DNA of 63,483 bases, filler included, from Folioceros fuciformis (Eukaryota), in assembly GCA_049999805.1 (NCBI GenBank). It is 14 parts of 14 records of this genome, joined end to end, with 100 filler letters (N's around TTAATTAATTAA, not from the genome) between each part and the next. Parts side by side here need not be neighbours in the genome. Positions count along the whole stretch, not along the records: positions 10,150 to 14,357 come from JBNGIO010003620.1; positions 14,458 to 16,669 come from JBNGIO010003621.1; positions 16,770 to 27,438 come from JBNGIO010003622.1; 11 more parts are not named here. The stretch is one strand, 5' to 3'. Every line of letters starts with the position of its first letter. Positions within the stretch are counted from its first letter, which is position 1. The position numbers and the translations under genes are program-made. Of the stretch, positions 13,052 to 26,600 are shown one piece after another. The notes beneath the pieces were generated by a model. The model made no database searches. It was not told the DNA's origin and was given only the letters and a program-made list of their open reading frames with translations.

Positions 13052-14457
13052 GCATAAAAGATATCATAGTCCAAAAGGAGGAAGGGTGTATCTACTAGTG
13101 GAGTTGCCACTAGAGTTGCTGACGCTGCCTCAAATTCATGAAGATAGGAATCATATCTTTTGTTTCATGTTCAACAAATTTTATTGGGAGTTGGAGTTCC
13201 TTTTGACCTATAATTGAGGACTAGAAAAAATAAAGGAGACTTTGTACAAATGAAGAAATAGATTTTCAATCTATTCTAAAAGATTGGAGAACAATCTAGT
13301 AAAGGGCATGTAAATTAGGGGCATGAGTCCCCACCGTTTAAGTACAATCATGCTTGTCAAGACTACAAACCTTCCGGAGAACTTCGTGGTCAAGGATGTG
13401 AAAGGGCCTAGGTACCACTAGAGCTGAAAAATTGCTTCTCTTGCACTCACTTACGTCTTGTACAACGCAGTAGCCAATGTCCTTCGTAAAAGGATAAATA
13501 TACTGTGCTTATATAATAAAAGCAATTATACAAGAAAGGGGAAGACTAGCCTCAATCTTATGGTTGTGATAGACCCTAGCATGTGTCTTGAAAAACTTAG
13601 TAAAACTCTTGCTCATAATCCTATTAGCCTCGACAGTTAGAAGGATGAATATGTGGTCATCTTGCATTAGAGAATACTTGTGGATTTGGCTCTTGTGCAG
13701 CCTTTTGCTACCCATTTTAAAGGGTTTAGAAGAACATCTTTACTATTACACAACGTTCTAAATTAGATTAGTTACAACATCATCGACAATAGAAACTTGA
13801 TCCTCCGAGTTAGAAATAAGCCATCATGTAGAGGAAGCTATTAAAAAAGATGTAAAGGTACTTCCTGAGTAGGGGAAACCCATCTTCCTTACTAGTGGAT
13901 CCTAGAAAACATGACATCCTGGATGGTGTGGTGCACAACAATCCACTACCCACCTACATGACATCAAGCCAACTATATTCAAAAGTCATCAAGAGGCCTT
14001 TTGATGAATTTGGCTAGAGGCCCTACAATTGTAAATTGAAAGGGAGGAAGTCAAAGAATAAACGATGCCTATTAGGAATCCGACTGGTTATAAGGTGGGA
14101 AGAAGCTCGGAAGGTGCAACAACTATAACATACTTAAACACTAGATCAAGGATTGTAAGATGAGAAAAACCAACAAGGTTGCAAAGGGGAAGTATGTAGA
14201 TTTTAAAGAGCATGTAAGAAGAGCTTCAACATCGAGTTTATTGGTGGGATATTCTAACTTTGCTACTCATATTTATGTTTCATTATGCAAAGATTGTGTC
14301 ATACGGGAAAACAATTGAACTGCATAAAGTTTGCTAATGCTAAAATGTACCTTTGTANNNNNNNNNNNNNNNNNNNNNNNNNNNNNNNNNNNNNNNNNNN
14401 NTTAATTAATTAANNNNNNNNNNNNNNNNNNNNNNNNNNNNNNNNNNNNNNNNNNNN

Positions 14458-16669
14458 GCAAGCCCAAGAAACTGTTGAGCTGTTAATCATTGAGCAGTAA
14501 GCTGTCGTAGACGTGCTGGCATCGGGATCACCTGCCTAGTCAGCGTCTAAAAAACAAGTGAGCACTAACTTGCTACTTCCATCTGATTTGTAAGGCAATC
14601 CAAGAGATCTAGTGCCCTTTAAATATCTCAGTATGCGTTTGATGCATGTCCAGTGGGCCTTTCCAGGATNNNNNNNNNNNNNNNNNNNNNNNNNNNNNNN
14701 NNNNNNNNNNNNNNNNNNNNNNNNNNNNNNNNNNNNNNNNNNNNNNNNNNNNNNNNNNNNNNNNNNNNNTACCGACTGCTTCATTGTAAGGTATGGACTC
14801 CATCTCTTTTACTTCTTCAAGTGTGACTGGACTATCCTCTACCGACACTTTTTCGCCTGATGCTATGGGTGTACAGACGAGTCTTGCATCTTTGAGGTTG
14901 ACCCCTTTCCACCCTCTTTCCAACAGCTGGTCTACATAATGCTGCTGATGGATGAAAAAAGAATGGTCATCTGGGTTTCTTGCAAACTGGATGCCTAAGG
15001 CGTACTTAAGGGAACCAATGTTTACAATGTCATATTCTTTTACTAGGAGATCTTTGACGTATTGGATGATTTGAGAACAGCTGCCAAAGATAAATTTATC
15101 GTCTACATACAGGATGATGACTACAAAATGTTCTCTGCCTCAAAAGGTAGATGCTAGGGTCCACTGTCAAAGGTGAGAAACCTGACTTTTTCAGGTTTAG
15201 GTCTAAAGTTTCGTTCCATACCTGAGCAGATTGTTTTAGTCCGTAAATGGACTTTAATAATGTGCACACCTTTTTACTGTCCTTGACATAGCCAGGAGGT
15301 TGCAGCATATGGATATCTTCATTGAGTGTGCCGTAAAGAAATGTTGTTTTAATATCAACCTGATGAATGTCCAAATGGTGGTGAGTTGCGAAGGCCAAAA
15401 GTATCCGGATGGATGTTGACTTAACAACGGGGCTGTAAAGCCTATTTTCTTCATGATCGAAGCCTGGGACCTGGCTAAAACCTCTGGCCACGAGCCTGGC
15501 TTTACACCTAGAAACAGTGTCGTCTAGATTCAGCTTTCTCCTGAATGTCCACTTACAAGAGATGGGTTTACGTCCTTATGGTAAGTCCGTAAGTACCCAT
15601 GTTTTGTTGATGATTAAAGAGTCATACTCCGACTTAGCTGCAGCAGTCCACTCAGGGGACTTGAAAGCTTCTTCAATTGACTGAGAAATGTCCTTCATTT
15701 CAATAGCTGACATAGCTTGGTGTAGGACCACATTAACTTGGTGAGTATGCTGTTGTTGTACATCTTCTGGAGCTGGAGTTAGGGTAGTGGGAGCGGGAGC
15801 TCTGCCAATGATTGTGTCTTCGGGCCAGTGATAGATATCCTTCCAACTGGAACGAGCAGGACGAGAACGGGTAGACCGCCTCAAAACGGGTTCAACAGGA
15901 GGAGTAGGGTTGACGGTATCAGGTAGGTCATGAAGTGGTTGAGAAGAGAGAGGCGTTACCAACTCAGAAGGGGATGAATCTGGCTGACCTTGCGATGTAA
16001 GTGGTAATGCTCCAAACTAAGGGCACAACGGGTGGTGTAGAAGGATGAGCCATCTGACCTGCCTGACCTTGTATGTTCACAAGCTCATAGTCTGTAGGTG
16101 TAGATATCTCCCCCTCAAGGTCAAGGAGGGAAGAAGGAGAATATTCGTAAGGACTAGGGGCAGGAAGTGGAGTCGAGGTGGACACGGAACTAAGGTAAGT
16201 ATCAAGTAAAACGGTTTCATGAAAGTGAACGCTACGTGAAAGGGTAACCTAACATGTAGAAGGGTCGATAAGACGGTAGGCCTTGGATTGGTCAAAGTAG
16301 CCAACAAATAACAGCTTATTACTTTTGTCGTCCCATTTGTGACGCAGGGCATCAGGAATATGTGCAAACGCTGGACTGTCGAAAATTCGAAGATGAGAAA
16401 TGCGGGGTTTCTGCCTCGTCTAGCGTTCATAGGGCGTTAATGTGGGAAGTTCCTTAGTTGGGAGCCGATTCTTGATATAATTAGCAGTAGAGACTGCTTC
16501 GACCCAATAGCCTCTGGTAAGTCCTGAACGTTTAAAAAGTGACCGGGAAATCTGGAGTAATGATCTGTTTAGTCGTTCTGCAAAAGGGTTCTGGGCCGGT
16601 GTATAGGGTACTGTAAGTTGTGGAGTAATGCCTTTGGCTGTGCAGTAGGCCTGGAAGGAGTGACTGATA
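14458..16669 (-). mobile_element. Decayed Ty1/copia LTR retrotransposon pol (integrase, linker, RT, start of RNase H)
   Basis: Integrase LTVPYTPAQNPFAERLNRSL. RT motifs SEYDSLIINKTWVLTDLP, ARGFSQVPGFD, IHQVDIKTTFLYGTLNEDIHMLQPPGY, LLKSIYGLKQS, HWTCIKRILRYLKGT. Contains stops and frameshifts. Confidence 0.92.
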
Positions 16670-16769
16670 NNNNNNNNNNNNNNNNNNNNNNNNNNNNNNN
16701 NNNNNNNNNNNNNTTAATTAATTAANNNNNNNNNNNNNNNNNNNNNNNNNNNNNNNNNNNNNNNNNNNN

Positions 16770-17180
16770 CCCTCCCCCGAAGGACCTCTCGGGGCGGGGA
16801 TCGTCCCGATCCCTGCCGCCCCCACCACCCCGGTAGCCACCATAGTTGGAGAAGCCGCCGCCGAGGGAGCCAGGTTCCGGCTCCTCCCCCGTGCGGTCCC
16901 GGGGTCCCGTAGGAAACAAGCGCTGCTCCGTGGGCGTGAGGCCCCGGGAGTCCGAGATCTGTCGGTTCCTGCTACCATGTCCAACGTGAATCCCTTGCTG
17001 AAACTCACTGAAGGTCATGGGCTGGGGCTTCTTTTTCTTGCTCTTGGCCTGCGTGACAGCAGCGGACAGGTCCGGGAAGTCCGTGGTGCTGGCAACGGGA
17101 GCCCGAGCGCTCTCCCTCTCAGCATCTGCACGCTCTGCTTCGGCCGCCCAGGCGCCGGGCCCTGCCCATGGCTTTGCCAT
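16770..17180 (-). CDS. eIF4B: Plant-specific eukaryotic translation initiation factor 4B, N-terminal part (truncated by scaffold end)
   Basis: MAKPWAGPGAWAAEAERADAE...FPDL...KKKKPQPMTFSEF...GLTPTEQRLFPTGPRDR...LGGGFSNYGG matches the recalled plant eIF4B N-terminus. Confidence 0.85.
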
Positions 17181-19048
17181 GACCTTTAGCTGCTGGCTGC
17201 GCAGCACCGGCTCCCGCCGCTGCTGCTTCTGCTCCTCTGAATGCTCCTCTGCTGCGGCGCTCGCGCTAGCCCTCAAGTTACTGCTGTGTCGCCCACGTAC
17301 GAAAGACACAAGCTAACATACAGAGTCGCCCGCGAGGGCCCGGTCTCAGACAAAGGCAATCTTTCCATAACTTCGCACACATAAATACTAATGGCATTTT
17401 CCACTCATACACCTAACACAAGTATTTTCTGAGTAAATATTCATCAAGTAGCACACACACATATGCTATCCTCATTTTTACCTTCAAACCATCGAGAATA
17501 ATTTTCTCGCACATACATATATATGTGCATATATGTATATATCTTCATAAATAGATATACACTAAATAAATCAATAAATCATGTAACCCATTATGTATAA
17601 ATAACCTCTTCAACACAGCTATTTTGTAGTACCTTTTATGGCTTGCTCTAAGAAATATTCTTCATTTTTTTATAGATTTTTTGCACTTAATATTTCCTTT
17701 AAAGTGCTCTTTGTTCACTCACAAATAAATTATTTGTGTGTGATTGTTTGAATAAAGATCTCTTTTTTATTAGTTTTTTTTCTTATTTATACACAAATAA
17801 AACAAAAAAACCAGTAGACTTCATTAGAAGAAGAGAAGGTTTCAAATCCAANNNNNNNNNNNNNNNNNNNNNNNNNNNNNNNNNNNNNNNNNNNNNNNNN
17901 NNNNNNNNNNNNNNNNNNNNNNNNNNNNNNNNNNNNNNNNNNNNNNNNNNNGTCGTATGGAATGACCTTTGTGGTTCCTTTGTGAACAAATGGTTTTCCC
18001 ATCTCTTCATTAAGTAGATAAAGTTCCCATTCGACATTGATTTCCAAGTGGATTGCAATCACCATCTCACATTTGACGAACATGTATCTTGACATTTCAA
18101 AAGAAAAAACTAGACTATAGATATATAAAGTTAGAGACGTTGACATGAAAAGGCTGAGCAAGCTCACTTTACATCCCTATGTCATAAGTTGTCTAATCAC
18201 GAACCAAAGAACAACAATATCTGATTAAGAACATGATAATTCTCTCTAATATAGCTTCTTTCTAGCATGAGCATGTTGACTTACTGGCAAAACAATAGAT
18301 TGAGACGTCACTACTTAGACCTTGGCTTTATCTTTCTTTGCCCAAAACTCCTCCACAAGAGAGACAATCTTTTTAGGGCTCAAGCTCTAGGCTTAGTTGA
18401 AGCACTACCAATCTAGCAAAGGCAAGTACTTGTCTAACATTAATACTCTTTCATGGGGCTAAGAGCTCTAGCTCTAACTTTAGTTGCAGCACTAGCAGTA
18501 TAGCACCAGTAAGTGTTTAACATCAATAATCTTCCTAGGGCCCAAGCTCTTGCTCAACCCCAACATTAGTAAATCGCTTTGTAGTAATAGTGTAAAAATG
18601 AAGTAATATAACATACTTTTTTATTTATTGCTTAATAAAATAGGGATCAGGTTTACCACACTTGATAATGTAGTAACAAATTAGGATGCGGAGTTGTATG
18701 GCGTGGCTTGGTTGAAGCCCGTGGTATCCTTTCCCCTGCCCGGAAGTTTGTGTTTGTACAAGAGGCAGAAGTAGTCTATTATAGTCCACTGGCGAAGCTG
18801 GAAGAAGGATAATATCTACCGTACTCAACTTCGGCAAGTGCCTATGCTTCACGACGAGATCTTTTACTCTCTGAATTACGCTTCAAGTTGCAGTGTGTGG
18901 TCATCGGTCAGTTAACGTTCGTGCAGCCTCCGATTCCACTCGCTGCCTTCTAAAATGTTGTCCTACAAGACAGGGCGCCCAATGTTCTGTCCCTAGTCAA
19001 GTACAAAGTACCAAGAAACTTTGCAAAATTCAGCTCAGACGATGGTGG

Positions 19049-22000
19049 CTACTGCCGGTCTCCACATGAACAAAACCCATTAACAAATCTGTGAACACAA
19101 TGAGAGTCTCGAACTATGATCTCTCGGTTCTCGATCCTGGACATGATCTTCGTACTACTGTGACAATCACTGCACATTCGCAGGTTCTTTGTCACAAGGA
19201 GAGGCGTGCCAACTGAAGTGTGCAGGAGACCATATGCCAATGCTAGCTTTTCAGCATGCCCACACAAGGCATCCTCCTTCTCTCTGTCTGAGACACACTT
19301 CAGCACCACGTCTACATGAGGCGCATGGCCTCCTTCCTCTCTCAACTGTACATTTAAACTCTTCAGTTTATTGGTGATGTCATCTCTGTCTTCGCCGACG
19401 ACGAAGGTGTGTACGTTGCTGTTCACCTCAATCCATGCGCTTGCAGGCTTCTTGTGTGCACCGGCACACTTTCTCAAGCTTTCTATGCCGGCAGCATCCT
19501 GACCCATACCAGCCGTCGCATAAATGTTCGCCAACAGAATATACGCAGCTGCATCTTGAGGCTCCACTTGGACAATCTGGTCAAAGCATCGCCTTGCAAT
19601 TTCTACATTGCCGTGGATTTTGCAGGCACTAAGCAGAGATCTCCACCCCACAGTTCGATCCTGAGGAGGCAAACAAAGTAACATTCGTTCTGCTTCATTC
19701 AGATTGCCTGATCGCCCCAGGAGGTCAACCATGCTAGTCTGATGGTAGACATTCGGCACCAGGCCGAACTCTTCAACCATCATTGTGAAATACATTTCAC
19801 CCTCACATACCAGACCCTCATAACTGCATGCAACCAAGAGAATGAGGAAAGTAGTCTCGTTGGGATGAGGCCCGTCGTCCAGCATTTCCTGAAAGCACTG
19901 TAATGCCAGTCTACTCTTTCTATGTTGTGCGTACCCATTCAACAGAGCATTCCATGTCACCACATTTCTGAAGGGCAATCTGTCAAACACTTTCTGAGCA
20001 TCCTCCAAGCTTGCACATTTAGCATACATGTCCACAAGGCTGTTACCAATTACCACTTCAGCCTCTAGTCCCCTTCTCTGTATCTCCAGGTGAAGCTGCT
20101 TCCCTTGATGTAAAGCCCCAACACTGGCACATGCACTGATCAAGCATACAAATGTTGCCCTATCAGCTGGATTGATGTTCTCCCGCTGCATTGTTGCATA
20201 AAGAGCCAGGGCTTCTTGACAAAGACCATGCTGCACGTATCCTGCAATCATAGCATTCCATGTCCCTACATCCCGTGTCTGCAATCTGCTAAACAATTGG
20301 TAAGCATCCAGCAAGTCACCACACTTTGCATACATGTCCACCAGGCTGTTGCCAATATCCACATCATCCTCAAGTCCACTCGCTTGAATTTGACAATGAA
20401 GCTGCTTGCCCTCATTTAATGCTCTGAGTTCGGCACATGCTTTGAGGAGGCAAATATATGACACAGCATCAGCTACAGAGATCCCCTGCTGTTGCATACT
20501 TGCATATAGTGCCAGGGCTTCTCGACCAAACCCATGCTCAGCATATCCAGCAATCATGCAAGTCCATGTCACAGCCGATCTAGAGGTCAATTTATCAAAT
20601 GCTTTTCGAGCATTGTCCAAGCTTCCACATTTCACGTACATGTCCACGAGGCAGCTACCAACAACCATATCCGTGTCAAGTTCTCTGCCTTGGATTTGAG
20701 AGTGAAGATGCTTCCCCTCATTCAGAGCTCCAATATTTGCACACGCTTTCAAAAGGCACACAAACGTGACATGATTGGGTATTACAAGGCTCTCCTGCTC
20801 CATATTTGCGAACAGCTTCAGGGCCTCGTGGCCAAGCCCATGATCAGCGTATCCTGCTATCATGGCAGTCCAAGTCACAACATCTCGGGAGGTCATTCTG
20901 TCAAAGACGGTTCGGGCATCCTCCAAGCTGCCACACTTTGTGTACATGTCAATCAAGCTGCTACCAACAACCACATTAGCATCAAGTCCAAATTTCTGGA
21001 TTTGAGCATGCAAAACTTTCCCCTCATTCAAAGCTCTACAATTGGCACAAGCCTTCAGTAGGGCAACAAAAGTCACATAGTCAGCTGAAACCTTGTCCTT
21101 CTGCATGCTTGAAAAAAGACTGAGGGCTTCTTGGCACTGCCCATGCTCAGCATACCCAGCAATCATGGCATTCCATGTAATCACATCTTTTGCACACAAT
21201 CCATCAAAGACTCTTCGGGCGTCTACTAGGCTGCCACATTTGGCATACATGTCGACTAGGCTATTGCCAATTACCACATTTACGTTCAGGCCTCTCTCCT
21301 TAATTTTGGACTCAAGGTCCTGGCCCTCGGCTAAGGCTTCAATACTGGCACAGGCTTTCAGGACGCATACGAACGTTATAAGGGTTGGGTTGATGGCATT
21401 TTCCTCCATGCGTTTATACAGCGCTAATGCTTCTTGACCTAGCCCATGCTGAGCATATCCGGCAAGCATCGCATTCCAAGTTACCACATCCTTCGTAGGC
21501 ATTTTGTCGAAAACAAAGTGGGCATCCTCTAAGCTCCCACATTTTGCATACATGTCCACCAAGCAGTTTCCAACAAAGACGTTGGGCTCGACTGCACTCT
21601 TTGCGGCGTCGGCATGGACCTCCTTGCCAGACGCCAAATCCAGTGCCTTGGTACATGCCTTGAGGACTGCCACAAAAGTATGATCATTCGGTTGGACACC
21701 ACACTGGCGCATCTTACGATAGAGATCAATAGCCTGCTCAGGCTGCTTGTTCTCAGCATGTGCCAAAATAATAGAAGCCCACATAAAAGTGCTCGGTGCA
21801 GCCAGATTGCTGAAAACCTGCAGTGCTTCATGCAACCTGCCATGAAAAGCATACATGCGGAGAATATGGTTGGCCAGGAACACATTTGAGTCGAATCCAC
21901 TTTTGAGAGTGAGAGCATGAACACGCTTGCCCAAAGCAAGATCTCTATGGACCCTGCACACCTTGAGGGCATGATAAAATAGTCCTGCCGGAACATAAAA

Positions 22001-22656
22001 CCCTTGTCCAACCAGGAGATCCAGCAATTCAACCACCTCATTCAGCTGGCCCTCCTCACATGCTTTGCTCGAGATCCCAACATCTGGACTTCCTTCACGC
22101 CTTGACACCCTGCAACGTCGAGGGAGCTGTCAAAGACAAAGTTAATCGCAGAGCTACGATCACTTGATCTCTCAAACTAATGAAAGTTCACTTTCCCAAA
22201 ATTTCAGAGACAGTATGCACCTCTCATCGACCTCAAAATCAGTTCCGGAGTAGAATTCAGAATGGCCTGAGGCTACCCACGACCGTTGGGTGCGTGTCGG
22301 TAGCGAGTCACCCTCCAGGACCTCACTCAACGTCGTGCGCACGGCTTCGGTTTCGAGTTTGCTCTGCAAAATTGAAGAGAGCAAGTGACCGACGATGACT
22401 CCGTAATCGGCCATGAATGTTCAAATCTATCACACCGATTTACCTTGTACAACCTGCTGTCCCAATTGTACTGCAAGACATCACTTGTCCCAAATGACGG
22501 ATGCCAAGCAGACAGGCCGCTTGACCCTCCCTTTCGTGCAGCATCCTGCAACGATGACAGTCGTCTGCACCATTCCTTATAAGCGAGACACGCGGGTCTC
22601 CTCTGAATCCGGCTGGACAAAACCAGATTGCAACCCGCGCGACAACCTTTCTTCAT
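19049..22656 (-). CDS. PLS-class pentatricopeptide repeat protein with E1/E2 and a C-terminal DYW:KP deaminase-like domain, ~1138 aa; exons 22656-22444, 22363-22221, 22109-19049
   Basis: Seven tandem PLS units (VDMYAKCGSLEDA / VVTWNAMIAGYA / TFVCLLKACA), then P2-L2-S2-E1-E2. The terminal domain reads KPASAWIEV...CGHAEKLALAYGL...KNLRMCSDCH...CSCGDRQ. Two GT-AG introns (80 and 111 nt) join in phase to an ATG exon rich in R/S/L/A, resembling an organellar transit peptide. Confidence 0.95.
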
Positions 22657-23679
22657 TCCAGCTATCCACCAGCCTTGTTGTCGATGCTCACTATGAAACC
22701 CTAAGGCTCCATCAGCTTTTCACCACATCAACGTTGATCTGGACAGCGTGTAGTTCATCGCTGCACATAACCCCTTGCCAAGTCGGAACTGCTACTTCAA
22801 CAGCCCGGTGCAAGCCTCGATACGAGGACTTCCAGGCTGACCAAGCAGTGCACAGTCGGCTGCAGAGGACCTGGTATAGTCAATCAAGGAGACGAGCTGC
22901 ACAAGGTTAACGTACAAATTTGCACTGACTTGTTATTCTGAATGCTTCTTTTCTTGTGAGATCAAGGTGAACGGGCACATAACCACGTCCTGGGATGCCA
23001 AGCTCAGGTCTTGGATCCATTGTCCTCCACAATCCACTCGCTGTCTAAAACCCGAACAGCTCACCGTGGCATAATGAAGCTGATGCCTGCTTCAACGTCA
23101 GTTCTACAGACTTCTTCCAGAGGCTTCTGGAATGCGCCCAGTGAGCAAGGACAATGCCTTGGAGATGCTGCTCAGCCCAGTGAGCAAGGACAGTGTCTTG
23201 GGGTTGCTGCTCCGGATCACTTGTGTGGTCCAATTTACTGTTGGGTGTCGAGAGGTCGTTTGCCCATTACACCCAAGCCAACCCGTTTGCAAGTCCTTCC
23301 AATAGGTTATTTTCGGTAGCCAACTGCTCTGCCAACAACCAAAGTGGCTCTGCCAGCAACCAAAGTGGTTGCCATCCACAGCAGATGTTTGGCTATGACG
23401 ATGCTCCATCTACGCTGCCCATGCGCGGTTAAAGGATGCATTGCATGGATAGCTGCTCCCAATGTTTCTGGTTCCTTTGCAGTTGTGTAGACAGTGGAAA
23501 CGAGCGAGTGCGAGTATGGCCGGTAGGTGCAAGATAGCTCCCAAATGCACTGATTTCATATTCGTTCCTGATGAAAGTTCCTCACAAGGTTAACCAGATT
23601 TGGTGCTAATTCTTTGTAAGACCAACACGATCGGTTCCTCTGATTCGAGGACAGTGTGGCCGTGTTTCAAGGCATCCCT

Positions 23680-26600
23680 TCAATAAGTACCGGTGGAGCA
23701 TCCGTTCTGCCAGCCAGTACAAATGGAAGGAGGTTCACCAAATGCCAGGAGTCCGACCTTACATCCTTCAACTCGGGCTGAAGAAACTTAGTGGTCCATG
23801 AGACGATACCTGAGAGCAGTTCACAATCCCGAATTCTAAACCGTCCACAAGGGCTCGAAAGCTGGCCTCCACGATGGAAGAGTGCGCCCCGACCTGGAGA
23901 GGAATCGGACCTCAGAAGAGACGTAGCTAATGCAGATGTTTTGGGATGGCGGGAAGTCACATACCGTCGTCCACTTGCTACCATTGCCGTCGGTAAAGTC
24001 AATTGTGACTCTGGTTGTGGACATCGAGCCCTTTCTAGCTACCAAAGGCTCTAGCAGTCGGACTCGGTAGTCCGACAACTCTACTTGCTCAAGCTGTGGA
24101 TAATGCTCCTCCAGTGCCCGTCTGCTCTGATCAAGTTCCGTATTAACATGACACCATTGCGGGAGGTCGTGAGTTTTCCTCCTGGCTGAGAAGTTGGGTC
24201 AGGAGCGTACCTCAGTGCATGGCTGAGGGCGTCGACAGGTCCATTGCCTTCGGCGGCGCTCATCTGATAATCTCGCGGGTGAGAAAACTCAAGAAGTAAC
24301 CTCAAACGCAAATCACGTTTAACAAGAAGGAACAGGACCAACCTGGACTGAACTACCAACGAGTAACTTGACTAAAGCCTGGTTGACTTGTACTTCGTTC
24401 TCGATAGGGTTCACCCCGCTTTTGGAATCAGGCTTCATGTCAGCTTCGCTACCCTGTGACCCTCGATTGCTAGAGATCACGGAGAACTCCAACACACGAA
24501 AACTGAGATAACAGCACCTGTCAGCACATGTGACAAAGTACAGAAAAGTGGTGGAAGGCTGCGATTGTTTACAAAATGATTGGAAAGCACTTACGGTTGT
24601 ACATAGTCCTTGCCCTTCCGTACAATCAGCATGTCCACGGAAGCAGATGCATTCTCAAATGCACAACCCTTAGGATGCAATCGCAATACGCTTATCAGAG
24701 TAAGTACACTTGTAAGCAACGAGAAATATTTGCTAGTGGAACAAAAGCCAGAAACTTCACTGCTCAGACATTCGGTGTACCTCATTCTCCATCTGCTTGA
24801 TGCGAGCTAGAACGCTGCCAGCAACGTCTTTATCGAGCACCAAGCCTGCTTTCTCTGCCTAAATTCACATGACATGTTACACATCAATTCAGGGCAGGAG
24901 TAAGGAAGATTCAGGGGCATGTCCAGACATGATAGAGGCGCAGAACGTGCCTTGTCCAAGATGTTTCCTCGTCCGGAAAGCTCGCTCACAACAGTGCGCA
25001 TGGTATTGCCCACGAGTGTGGGATCCATATGATTGTAACTCTCAGGCATCTGCTAGCGAAATATGGGTGACGACAGATCTTTTTTGACATCAAATTGCAA
25101 CATCCCACTGCAAACGCTTAGATGGAAAATCATACCTTACGAAGTGCTGCAACGTGAATTCCTCCTTTGTGTGCAAAAGCACTCGATCCTACGTAAGGCT
25201 GTGAAGGTGACAGTTCCTGTGCGGCAACTTCAGCCACAGTGCCAGCTATCTCTGCTAGTCGTGGTAGAAAGGCAGGAGGTATGCAGAGATGACCAAGCTT
25301 GGCTTGCAAACCTCCAATGACACTCACCTTCGATGCAAGAGAAAGGACGACTGAGAACATATAGAGGAAGCTGACACTACTGCGAAGGGATCCCAGAAGA
25401 CAAAAGAGCATCGAAGAAGGAAGCCTTTGAAGTCATACCAAGTTTGCATTTCCAGTGCGCTCTCCATAGCCATTCATGCAGCCTTGCACAAGAGATGCAC
25501 CACCTCTCACAGCTGATAGACTATTAGCCACGGCCATATCCGTATCATTGTGAGTATGGATACCCACCCTGACTTTGGGCCAATCCTTAAGTGCTGCTTT
25601 CACCTCTCGAGTCCTTGCCTGCATTGCACAAAGTGCTATAATAGAATGCTCAAAACAGGGCAGGCACAAAAATAGGCTTATACCTCAATGTCCCAAGGCA
25701 TGGAGCCACCATTTGTGTCACATAGCACGACAACGTCAACTCCTGCTTTAGCTGCCGTTTGTAAGCAGTTCAGTGCATACTCCCTGAACAACACGTCAAG
25801 ATGAAATCACCTCAGTCTCTGGAGCCAGACTTGAACGACAGCTCCCTGTAAGTACACTTACTTGCCTGTTTGCAGTCATTCCGTCAAAGAAGTGTTCAGC
25901 ATCAAGCATCACCTCTCTCCCTCGGACCTGAATTGTGATACTTCACTTGAGACAAGGCTTCCGGGGAAGCCAACAGCTGCTGCTGAAGGGACTCACCGCT
26001 AACCTTGAAATAAGTGACAGTGTCGGCTATCATTCTCAAGTTCTCCTCGAGGGTTGTCTCTAGAACTCGGAACACTTGAGCATCCCAAGCCTATCACTTC
26101 CACAGGAAGTTTCAATCGTCTGGGATTCATGAAGGGCGCAGCGCTGTTAACACAAGACGAGCCCGGCATACCTTCGCTACCAAAGTAATAACCGAGGCTT
26201 CACACGAAAGTAAGGCTTGGACATTTGTATCCTGTGATGTGCACCTTCGGTTAATAAAAAATGCTTCAGCACATCAACCGTGAGAGTTCACAAGTAATTG
26301 ACAGCATAAAGACCAGACAGTACAGTCAGACCTCATCACATGAGGAATTTTTTCGACGAGTTGCTCCAAAAGCAGCCAGCTTCGTTCGACCTTGTGACTT
26401 CGAGACAACAGTTTCACAAAGGCTGAAAAAATCGGCATCTTTGGGATTTGAACCTGGCCATCCTCCCTCGATGTACTCAACACCTGCACAACAAGAACGG
26501 CACTCTTCTTCAGCAACAGTCCGACCCTGCATAAATTGGCAGAGACACCCGAGCCCAATGGGGCTTGCACTCCAACGTCCTGAAGGCAACATGAACCCAA

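Noticed and set aside
19189-22041. Antisense and alternate-frame ORFs over the PPR gene
   Set aside because: They are shadow ORFs of the repetitive coding sequence with no independent motifs.
23138-23375. Short 39-bp and 21-bp duplications between the PPR and cimA genes
   Set aside because: Two-copy local duplications with no supportable function.
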